From assembly GCF_001017655.1 (NCBI RefSeq), contig NZ_CP010904.1, forward strand, positions 150,001-182,000: 32,000 nt of DNA. Direction: 5' to 3'. This document shows, piece after piece, positions 9,519-16,916 of the stretch. The DNA comes from Kiritimatiella glycovorans. GTDB taxonomy: Bacteria > Verrucomicrobiota > Kiritimatiellia > Kiritimatiellales > Kiritimatiellaceae. Under the pieces are notes generated by a model. The model was given only the letters and a program-made list of their open reading frames with translations, did not search any database and had not been told where the DNA came from. The stretch's first letter is position 1. Each line of letters begins with the position of its first letter. The translations under genes and the position numbers were made by a program.

Positions 9519-10307
9519 TTACGCTCCGCCGTTGTTCGTCCCCAGGCATCCGTGCCAGGTGACAGGATCTTCCGTCATGGTCGCACTGTCAATGAACTCC
9601 CGCAGCACCGGGTCGTTGGTCTGGTGCACTTCCTCCGGCGTTCCGTAGAAGCGGATACGCCCCTCATAAAGGAAGGCCACCTTCTGAACCAGCCCGAAGA
9701 TGGCCGGGATCTCGTGCGTGACGATGATCCCCGCGTAGTTCAGTTCGCGCTGGCAGCTGTGGATCAGGTTGTGGATGGTGCGCACGATGAGCGGGTCGAG
9801 CCCCGTGGTGGGTTCGTCGAAGAGCATGATCTCGGGGAACTTGATCAGCGCCCGCGCGAGCGCGGCGCGCTTGAGCATTCCTCCGCTGAGCTGTCCGGGC
9901 AGTTTTTCCTCCGAGCCTTCCAGCCCCACGTGGCCGAGGACGGTTCGGATGCGTTCGCGGATCTCCTGTTCGCCGAGGCCCTGCTCGCGGAGCGGGAAGG
10001 TGATGTTCTCGTAGACGCTCAGCGAGTCGAACAGCGCCCCGTTCTGGAAGAGGAACCCGAGCCGGTCGTAAAAGGACTGCTTGTGGCGGCGGCTCAGGCA
10101 GCACAGGTCGTCGCCGTCGACATAGACATGGCCGTGGTCGGGGCGCATCAGCCCCGCCGCATGCTTCAGCAGCACGCTCTTGCCCTCGCCGCTCCCGCCG
10201 ATCAGCCCGACCACCTCGTGCGGCATCACCTCGAGCGTGGCACCGCGGAGGACCTTCAGTCCCCGGAGCGTCTTATGCACGTCGTCGATTTTAAGGATCG
10301 GGTTCAT
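9519..10307 (-). CDS. mlaF: MlaF ABC transporter ATP-binding protein
   Basis: Walker A GGSGEGKS, ABC signature LSGGMLKRAALARAL, Walker B IMLFDEPTTGLD. The start ATG at 10307 overlaps the mlaE stop codon by 1 nt. Confidence 0.92.
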   Translation of the reverse strand: MNPILKIDDVHKTLRGLKVLRGATLEVMPHEVVGLIGGSGEGKSVLLKHAAGLMRPDHGHVYVDGDDLCCLSRRHKQSFYDRLGFLFQNGALFDSLSVYENITFPLREQGLGEQEIRERIRTVLGHVGLEGSEEKLPGQLSGGMLKRAALARALIKFPEIMLFDEPTTGLDPLIVRTIHNLIHSCQRELNYAGIIVTHEIPAIFGLVQKVAFLYEGRIRFYGTPEEVHQTNDPVLREFIDSATMTEDPVTWHGCLGTNNGGA

Positions 10308-11086
10308 CAGAACAGTATGGAGGTCATGAAATAGTCCCAGGCGAGAATGACGACCGAGGCCATCACGACGGCCTCGGTGGTGGCGCGGCTCACACCCTTC
10401 GCGCCGAGCCCCGTGGTGTACCCCTTGAAACAGCATATCCACGCGATCAGCACGCCGAAACTGCACGACTTGTAGAGACCGCTGGTGATGTCTTTCAGAT
10501 GCACGTAATCGGTCATTTCGCCGAAATACGTCCCGGCGGGCACGCCGAGCAGGTGCACGCCCACGCCGTATCCTCCGAGAATGCCGACTGCGTTGAAAAA
10601 AGAGGCGAGCAGCGGGACGGCGATGATGAGCGCGAGGAAGCGGGGCACCACCACGTGGCGGTAGGGGTTCAGCCCCATCACCTCCAGCGCGTCGAGCTGC
10701 TCGCCGATGCGCATGATCCCGATTTCGGCGGTGACCGCCGAACCCGCGCGGCCGGTGACCATCAGCGCGCTGATCACCGGCCCCAGTTCACGCAGCAGCG
10801 AGAGCGCGACGAGCGGGCCGAGCAGGGCCGTCGTCCCGACCTGGTTGAGCGTGTAGTAGCCCTGGAAGGACAGCACCATGCCGGTGAACGCGCCCGTGAG
10901 CCCCACGATCAGCAGGGACTGGTACCCGACGAACTGCAGCTGTTCGACCGTGGTGAGGAACTTGAGCTTCCTGCTCACGAGGTGAAAAAACGTATGCGCC
11001 AGAAAAAGTGCAAGCCGGCCGAGGTCCCGGATTACGCGGGCCATGGGACGTCCCAGAGACCTTATAACCTGTTCTGCGCGATTCAT
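10307..11086 (-). CDS. mlaE: MlaE ABC transporter permease
   Basis: LLRELGPVISALMVTGRAGSAVTAEIGIMRIGEQLDALEVMG matches the MlaE signature region. ATG at 11086 gives 259 aa, colinear with E. coli MlaE (260 aa). The longer TTG start at 11152 is less likely. Confidence 0.9.
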   Translation of the reverse strand: MNRAEQVIRSLGRPMARVIRDLGRLALFLAHTFFHLVSRKLKFLTTVEQLQFVGYQSLLIVGLTGAFTGMVLSFQGYYTLNQVGTTALLGPLVALSLLRELGPVISALMVTGRAGSAVTAEIGIMRIGEQLDALEVMGLNPYRHVVVPRFLALIIAVPLLASFFNAVGILGGYGVGVHLLGVPAGTYFGEMTDYVHLKDITSGLYKSCSFGVLIAWICCFKGYTTGLGAKGVSRATTEAVVMASVVILAWDYFMTSILF

Positions 11087-11175
11087 AAAGGGCAGGACTT
11101 TCCGGCTTCCTTTCGCCGGGTCCAGTGTGGTGTCTTCCGCGTGCGGAGTCAATGCGGGAGGAACAGGGAACAGGG

Positions 11176-11319
11176 TCAGCGATTCTCATGATGGCTTCAC
11201 CCTTTTCGGTCGGGGTGGCACCCGACCCTCCCAACGCCCGAAAATGCGTCGGATATCGACTCGGGAGGGACGGCTGCCACGCCGTCCGCGGTCGAAGTGC
11301 GGCCTTCATGAGAACGGCT
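11176..11319 (+). mobile_element. MITE copy B (divergent subfamily member)
   Basis: 144 bp with 8 substitutions relative to copy A. Flanked by GAACAGGGT (11167-11175) and CAACAGGGT (11320-11328), 8/9 match. A T-to-G change at position 14 of the left inverted repeat is mirrored by the complementary A-to-C change in the right repeat. Confidence 0.85.
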
Positions 11320-11334
11320 GCAACAGGGTGGACC

Positions 11335-12576
11335 TTATTCGTGCCCGTCCATCTCCACGTGCGGGTTCGACGCCAGGTTGTCCTTTACGATCAGCCCCTC
11401 CATGTCACCGGATCGCTTGAGCATGCGGCCCTTGGCGTTGAGGACGTTGTGGGAGATGAGCAGGTGGCGCGTGCGCCCGCGCAGCTCGATCATCGTGTGA
11501 TCGGCGGGCGGATCTTCCCGGTAGTTGGTAATTTCCGGCGACTGGAACACGTTGCCGATGATCGTGCCGGAATAGGCGTTGTGGAGCAGAAAGTCGACGT
11601 AGGGAAAATCCGTGCCGTCCTGACCGTACATCAGATTGTTGGTGAGCTGGAAAAACTTGCGGTTCTTGAGCCATACGCCGACATCGCGGCAGTTGATGTG
11701 GCACGACTCGATCACGAGTTGCGGCTCGAAGATCGGCGTCTCGATGTCCATCCCGATCACGCAGCCGACGGCGTTGCTGCGGTAGAAGGCGCTGTCCTCG
11801 GGACCCTGCTCGCGGCCGCGGTTCACGATTCTGTAGCCGGTGCGCTGCGACCAGACGTAGCAGTGCTGGAAGCTCGGCGCGTAGCACCAGTCGGCGACGA
11901 TCCCCACTTCCGCCGCATACGACGGCGCGTCGTCGGAACGGTCCCCGCGCTTGTACCCCGGGTCGCTGATCCCGGAAACGATCACGTTCATGAAAAGCGG
12001 ACGCCACTGGCCGGTGGCGTCGATGCCCCGCGTGAAATAGCTGCGGGACGGCACGCCGAATCCGCGGATGTCGACGTTTTCCACGAGCAGTGTGCGGTAG
12101 TTGCGCGCGCCGCGCGGCGGCGACGAGATTTCGAGCGCCGTGCCCGCGGCGGGGCGATCGGCGAAGAACGACAGGTCGCGCACCGTCACCGCCGTCAGGC
12201 AGCGATGGTCATGCAGGCGGAAGACGCCCTCCTCGTGGTCGCAGATCAGGCTGGAGACATTCTGGCCGTCGCCGAGCAGCGCGAGTCCTTCGAGCGTGGC
12301 CTCCGCGGACACGCGCCTCCCGATCCGGTAATGGCCGGCCGGGACATAGATCGCGCCGTTGCCGGCGTGAACCGCCCGGTCGAGCGCCTTCTGGAACGCT
12401 CCGCTGTCGTCGGAGGCCCCGTCTCCCTTCGCTCCGAAATCGCGCACCGAAAACGCCTGCCTCGGGGCCAGCGGCGCCGAACCCTCCGCGGCCGCCGCGC
12501 GCGCCGTCGCCCCGAAAAAACCCGCCGCCCCCGCGCCCATCATCGCACGCCGTGTCATCGAGCCGTTATCACTCAT
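11335..12576 (-). CDS. Right-handed beta-helix glycoside hydrolase (pectate-lyase-superfamily / GH28-related), TAT signal
   Basis: ATG at 12576 follows GGGGAG. Twin-arginine signal is MTRRAMMGAGAAGFFGATARAAAA. The N-terminal FSVRDFGAKGDGASDDSGAFQKALD...IYVPAGHY is the hallmark of the Pectate_lyase_3-type beta-helix family. Confidence 0.78.
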   Translation of the reverse strand: MSDNGSMTRRAMMGAGAAGFFGATARAAAAEGSAPLAPRQAFSVRDFGAKGDGASDDSGAFQKALDRAVHAGNGAIYVPAGHYRIGRRVSAEATLEGLALLGDGQNVSSLICDHEEGVFRLHDHRCLTAVTVRDLSFFADRPAAGTALEISSPPRGARNYRTLLVENVDIRGFGVPSRSYFTRGIDATGQWRPLFMNVIVSGISDPGYKRGDRSDDAPSYAAEVGIVADWCYAPSFQHCYVWSQRTGYRIVNRGREQGPEDSAFYRSNAVGCVIGMDIETPIFEPQLVIESCHINCRDVGVWLKNRKFFQLTNNLMYGQDGTDFPYVDFLLHNAYSGTIIGNVFQSPEITNYREDPPADHTMIELRGRTRHLLISHNVLNAKGRMLKRSGDMEGLIVKDNLASNPHVEMDGHE

Positions 12577-12620
12577 GTCGCCACTCCCCGGTTCCGTACG
12601 CTCAAGAACAAAAAAACTTA

Positions 12621-12648
12621 TTGCTAAGTATATTAGTCGTATTATAAA
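12621..12648 (+). promoter_or_regulatory. Candidate sigma70-like promoter in the AT-rich divergent intergenic region (sulfatase side)
   Basis: TTGCTA, 16-nt spacer, TATAAA, located 30 nt upstream of ATG 12678. This is the only AT-rich stretch between the divergent GH and sulfatase genes. Pattern match only. Confidence 0.3.
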
Positions 12649-12677
12649 CATAAGTCCACGAAACATCGGGAGCGTTT

Positions 12678-13970
12678 ATGATGCGGCGACGTGATTTCAT
12701 GGCGGCGGCGGCAGCGGCGGGTGCGATACCGGCTCTGTCTGCGAAGGGGGCGAAGAGGAGGAAGCCCAACCTGGTTTTGATTCTGGCCGACGATCTGGGC
12801 GAGGAGGCCCTGAGCTGTTACGGGTGTGAGTCGTGGACGACCCCGCGGCTCGATCAGATGGCCGATGAGGGCGTACGGTTCACGCATGCCTATGCCAACC
12901 CGCTCTGCGCACCGTCGCGCGTCAAGATCATGACCGGACGCTACAACTGTTTCAATTACACCGCGTGGGATTATCTCGATCCGAAGGAGACCACGTTTGC
13001 CAATCTCCTGCGCGAAGAGGGGTACGCCACGGCCATGGCCGGCAAGTGGCAGCTTGGCGGCGACCTGAAGATTCCGGACCGCTTCGGCTTTGACGAGCAC
13101 TGCCTGTGGCAGATCGACGACAAGCGCGGCAGTCGCTTCTACGAGCCGCTGGTGGAACGCAACGGCACCTGGCTCGATCCGGAAAAACAGCCGTACGGGC
13201 CCGATCTGTTCTGCGACTTCATCAACGATTTCATCCTGAGGAAGGCAAGGGAGGGACAGCCCTTCCTCGCGTATTTCTCGATGGCGCTGGTGCATCGTCC
13301 GTTTCATCTTCCGCCGGGGTACCGGGCGGAGGGACAGGAGCCGAACGACCCCGAGGGGCGCCTGGCGTACTTCAAAACGATGGTCGAGCACATGGACCGG
13401 CTCGTCGGTTACGTGCTGGACACGGTCGACGACGCGGGCGTCAGCGCGGAGACGCTGGTGCTGTTCGTTGGCGACAACGGCACGGTTCCGCTCGAAATCG
13501 TGCAGCACGGCGAGACGGTCAGGGGCGGCAAGGGCAAGCCGACCGAGCAGGGCACGAACGTGCCGCTGATCGCGCGCTGCCCGGGCTCGACGCCCCCCGG
13601 CACCGTATGCGGGGATCTGGTGGATCTGTCCGATTTCCTGCCCACACTGGCGGAAGCGGGTGGAGCACCGGTGCCGGACGATGTGGACGGCCGCAGTTTT
13701 CTTCCGCAGTGTCTCGGTCGGGAGGGGAACCCGCGCGACTGGGTTTTCGTCCACTACAACCCGCGTCTCAACGACAAGGTCACGCCGGCCCGGTTCGTGC
13801 GCGGGAAGCGGTGGAAGCTGTTCGGCGACGGGCGGTTGTTTGATCTGCACAATGACCCGCACGAGCAGAACCCGGTCCGGCCGGGCGAGGGCGACACGTC
13901 GGCACTGCAGGCCCGTCGGCGACTCCAGCCCGTTCTCGACCGCATGCCGTGCGACTTTCAGACCGAATGA
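12678..13970 (+). CDS. Cys-type (formylglycine) sulfatase, TAT signal
   Basis: RBS is GGGAG. Signal is MMRRRDFMAAAAAAGAIP. Contains LVLILADDLG and the LCAPSRVKIMTGRY (C-x-P-S-R) active-site motif, then GKWQLG and FVGDNG. Confidence 0.92.
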   Translation: MMRRRDFMAAAAAAGAIPALSAKGAKRRKPNLVLILADDLGEEALSCYGCESWTTPRLDQMADEGVRFTHAYANPLCAPSRVKIMTGRYNCFNYTAWDYLDPKETTFANLLREEGYATAMAGKWQLGGDLKIPDRFGFDEHCLWQIDDKRGSRFYEPLVERNGTWLDPEKQPYGPDLFCDFINDFILRKAREGQPFLAYFSMALVHRPFHLPPGYRAEGQEPNDPEGRLAYFKTMVEHMDRLVGYVLDTVDDAGVSAETLVLFVGDNGTVPLEIVQHGETVRGGKGKPTEQGTNVPLIARCPGSTPPGTVCGDLVDLSDFLPTLAEAGGAPVPDDVDGRSFLPQCLGREGNPRDWVFVHYNPRLNDKVTPARFVRGKRWKLFGDGRLFDLHNDPHEQNPVRPGEGDTSALQARRRLQPVLDRMPCDFQTE

Positions 13971-14030
13971 TTCACCGGTGCCTCGAGCCCGCCCTGTACA
14001 GACAGAGCGGGTCAGCGCGGACTCCGGATG

Positions 14031-14174
14031 CAGCAGTTCTCATTATGGCCGCATTCCGACCGCGGACGGCGTGTCAGCCGTCCCTCCCGAGTCGATATCC
14101 GACGCATTTTCGGGCACTGGGAGGGTCGGGTGCCACCCCGACCGAAAAGGGTGAAGCCATAATGAGAATCGCTG
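14031..14174 (-). mobile_element. MITE copy C (inverted orientation)
   Basis: 143/144 identical to copies A and D after reverse complementing. Perfect 9-bp direct repeat CTCCGGATG at 14022-14030 and 14175-14183. Confidence 0.9.
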
Positions 14175-14193
14175 CTCCGGATGATCTAATTGT

Positions 14194-14222
14194 TTGCAGG
14201 GCATGCATGCATGCGCTACTAT
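14194..14222 (+). promoter_or_regulatory. Candidate sigma70-like promoter of the pseudopilin operon
   Basis: TTGCAG, 17-nt spacer containing (GCAT)3, then TACTAT. It lies 47 nt upstream of ATG 14269 and just after MITE copy C. Pattern match only. Confidence 0.3.
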
Positions 14223-14268
14223 ACTCCATCATTGCAGCCGCAGAAAAAATGTGGCGGGGGAACGGAAC

Positions 14269-14901
14269 ATGGGTGGACATCGGAATGCGGGCCGGGGCGG
14301 ATTTACCCTGATTGAGCTGATGATGGTGATCCTCGTGATGGGGATCATCGCGACGATCGCGATTCCCGCCTTTCAGGGCAGTCAGAGCCGGGCGGCGCGC
14401 GTCGATGCCGCCGCGCGCGAACTGCAGGGCGCCGTCTCGCTCGCGCGCCAGTGGGCCATCACCAAACGCCAGCATACGTACCTGCTGCTTCCGGACGATA
14501 ACTGCAGCGATAAGGACAAATCCTTCACGCACTACGCCATCTACGCCTGCACCAACGAGACGACCTGCGATGATACCGCCCCGGAGGGCGAGTTCATCCG
14601 GGGCTGGAAGGCCTACCAGGAGGGCGTGGTGGTCTATCCGCCGCCGAGTACTGCGGAGAAGAATTTTGCGCTGGGCACTGACAATTACGCTTCCGTCAAA
14701 TGTCTGGTCTGGCGCCCGAACGGGCGGATGAAGGGCCTGGCAGTGACTACGCCCGAAATCGAGGTCTATCCCGGGCGGACGGATGAAAGCGGGTCCGTGG
14801 ACGGATCTCCTGAAGACGATGCGCGAAAGTATGCGCGGGCTACGGTGGTCATCAATCGTCTCACCGGCATTTCCGAGGTGCGTAATTATGAAGAAGACTA
14901 G
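14269..14901 (+). CDS. Prepilin-type N-terminal methylation-domain protein, GspH/FimT-like minor pseudopilin
   Basis: ATG follows GGGGGA. Contains the cleavage/methylation motif G-FTLIELMMVILVMGIIATIAIP, then RVDAAARELQGAVSLARQWAI, typical of the GspH/FimT class. Confidence 0.8.
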   Translation: MGGHRNAGRGGFTLIELMMVILVMGIIATIAIPAFQGSQSRAARVDAAARELQGAVSLARQWAITKRQHTYLLLPDDNCSDKDKSFTHYAIYACTNETTCDDTAPEGEFIRGWKAYQEGVVVYPPPSTAEKNFALGTDNYASVKCLVWRPNGRMKGLAVTTPEIEVYPGRTDESGSVDGSPEDDARKYARATVVINRLTGISEVRNYEED

Positions 14902-15412
14902 TCATCGGGTCTCCGGCCGGTCCGGGGGGTTCTCACTGGTCGAGGTCACCCTGGCCCTGCTGATCGTCGGTATCGGACTGCTGAGCCTGCTCGGTCTTTT
15001 CGGCGAGGGCATCAGGATGACCCGGGGTTCGGAGAAGGATGCCTACATGGCCGATTTCGCGGAAAGCCTGCTCGAATCCGTACGGGCTGAATATTCCCTC
15101 AGCGGCAACTTTCCCGGTTCCGTTCCCGCGCCCGGGTTTCAGAGCGGGGGATCGTCGACGGTCTGGACCAACAGCGAGTGCACCGGCGCGAATTACGGTC
15201 AGATCAACACGAGCAGCGGCGGACCGTATCAGTTTCGCTGCAGCAGCGCGGGGGGAGGCGGGTACTCGTTGCAGTACTCCCTGGATATGCAGACTATGAC
15301 CGCGACTAACCCGGCCTCGGCCACCCTCTACCTCTGGCCCGATTACTACGCCGACGAGCCGTCGCGACGGGAAGCGGAGATATTCTACACGGAGTTTTTC
15401 AGACATAACTGA
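14888..15412 (+). CDS. Prepilin-type N-terminal methylation-domain protein, GspI/PilV-like minor pseudopilin
   Basis: The start overlaps the upstream gene by 14 nt. Contains GGFSLVEVTLALLIVGIGLLSLLGLF. 174 aa. Confidence 0.75.
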   Translation: MKKTSHRVSGRSGGFSLVEVTLALLIVGIGLLSLLGLFGEGIRMTRGSEKDAYMADFAESLLESVRAEYSLSGNFPGSVPAPGFQSGGSSTVWTNSECTGANYGQINTSSGGPYQFRCSSAGGGGYSLQYSLDMQTMTATNPASATLYLWPDYYADEPSRREAEIFYTEFFRHN

Positions 15413-15419
15413 GAAAGCT

Positions 15420-16130
15420 ATGAAAACATCACACCCGCAGACTAAACACGGCTTCACGCTCGTCGAACTTCTGCTCGCCATGGGTGTGCTGATGCTGCTC
15501 GTGCTGGCCATGGGCAACGTTTTCTCGAACGCGCAGCGCGCCATGGAGCAGGGGAGCCGCAAGAGCGAGCGGCTTCTTCACGGTCAGAGTGCCCTGTCGC
15601 TGATCAAGGAGGAACTTTCCGCCGCGCTGCTCCATACGAACACGCCCTTCGAGGTGCGTGTGGATGGTGCCGGCGACAATGTGCTCCGGTTTTTTTCCAC
15701 TTCGGACATCTTCGCCCCCCCCACCGGCGTGCATCGCAGCATTTATCCCGTCGAATATGCGATCAATACCAGCAACGACCTCGTACGCGCCTATGTCGAT
15801 CCCGCCAACTTCACCCCGATTTCCGCGATGCTGGGCCAGTCTTGGAATCCTTCGCTGTTTACGCCTGTGAATGAGGACATCGCTTCGCGTAACGTGACCC
15901 GTTTCGAAGTCGCGGTCACCCTGCGGAGCGGCACCACCACGAACCGTTATATCTGGGGCGCCGGAAACACGAACCGCCCCGCCTACATTGACCTAACGCT
16001 CGGGGTTTTGAGCGAAGATCACGCGGAGCGTGCCGCCAGGATGTCGGGCGGGGACCGCGACAGCTATCTGAATCGTCATGAGCAGGTGTTTTCCACCCGG
16101 ACCCGCCTCAGGGCCATGCCTGCGAACTGA
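15420..16130 (+). CDS. Prepilin-type N-terminal methylation-domain protein, GspJ/PilW-like minor pseudopilin
   Basis: Contains HGFTLVELLLAMGVLMLLVLAMGNVF, then the RLLHGQSALSLIKEELSAA region typical of the J/PilW class. 236 aa. Confidence 0.75.
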   Translation: MKTSHPQTKHGFTLVELLLAMGVLMLLVLAMGNVFSNAQRAMEQGSRKSERLLHGQSALSLIKEELSAALLHTNTPFEVRVDGAGDNVLRFFSTSDIFAPPTGVHRSIYPVEYAINTSNDLVRAYVDPANFTPISAMLGQSWNPSLFTPVNEDIASRNVTRFEVAVTLRSGTTTNRYIWGAGNTNRPAYIDLTLGVLSEDHAERAARMSGGDRDSYLNRHEQVFSTRTRLRAMPAN

Positions 16131-16175
16131 TGAGCATCGCCCGAAAGCAGTTTCAGTGACTGCGGCCCGCAATAT

Positions 16176-16907
16176 TCAGGGGCTGTACCCGCCCGCATTT
16201 CCGGGAACCCTGTTGGTCGTCAGCCCCGCGCCGGCATTCGTTCCGTTTGCGCTCCCCGTAGATGCGGCCGTGGCGGGCGCCATATTCGTGCCGTATTCGT
16301 GGAACCGGTAGATTCTTTCGAAAAATGTGTTGAGTCTCATGTTGTTGCTCGGGATTACCTCGCCGGCCACCTTGACGCAATGGAACGATTTGGGCGGGTC
16401 CATGTCGATCTCGTACTCTTCATCGAGCTTTTCAAAACGACTCAGTTCTCTATACGTGATGCAGTAGTAAAAATCGTTCAGGAAATCAAACAGCGGTTTG
16501 AATCCGGCGTAGTTGGATGTGATATCGTATTCGACCACACGCATACCGAGAAGGCTGCGGAGTGTATTATCGCCGACGAGATATACCGAATGTGTGGTGA
16601 AAATGGCGTGACCTGAGCGGAATCTGAGCGTTCCGATGATGTTTTCTCCGGGCAGGACATCCAGCGCGCTCCGGAGGCGCGATTCCGGTATGGAGACCCC
16701 GCGGATTTCAAGACCGTCCCGGTCGAGAAACAGGGGCTTGAGAAATCGCCTCGGAAATTCAGGAAGCATGGTCTTGATCGTGTTTTTGCGTTGGTTGATG
16801 GACCTGATTTCCTCCACGGAGGGGGGGGCATCCACATTCGGATCCGCATGCCCCGCATACGTCAGGCAAGCAGCTGCAATCATCAGGATTTTGAATCCGC
16901 ATTTCAT
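16176..16907 (-). CDS. Hypothetical secreted protein (no recognisable domain)
   Basis: Signal peptide is MKCGFKILMIAAACLTYAGHA. A strong GAGGGGGA RBS lies in the 9-nt gap after the upstream stop codon. Sampled lines give 42-53% GC. The G/A/T/N-rich C-terminal tail is encoded by GC-rich DNA. Confidence 0.65.
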   Translation of the reverse strand: MKCGFKILMIAAACLTYAGHADPNVDAPPSVEEIRSINQRKNTIKTMLPEFPRRFLKPLFLDRDGLEIRGVSIPESRLRSALDVLPGENIIGTLRFRSGHAIFTTHSVYLVGDNTLRSLLGMRVVEYDITSNYAGFKPLFDFLNDFYYCITYRELSRFEKLDEEYEIDMDPPKSFHCVKVAGEVIPSNNMRLNTFFERIYRFHEYGTNMAPATAASTGSANGTNAGAGLTTNRVPGNAGGYSP

Positions 16908-16916
16908 GGTTCCCCC

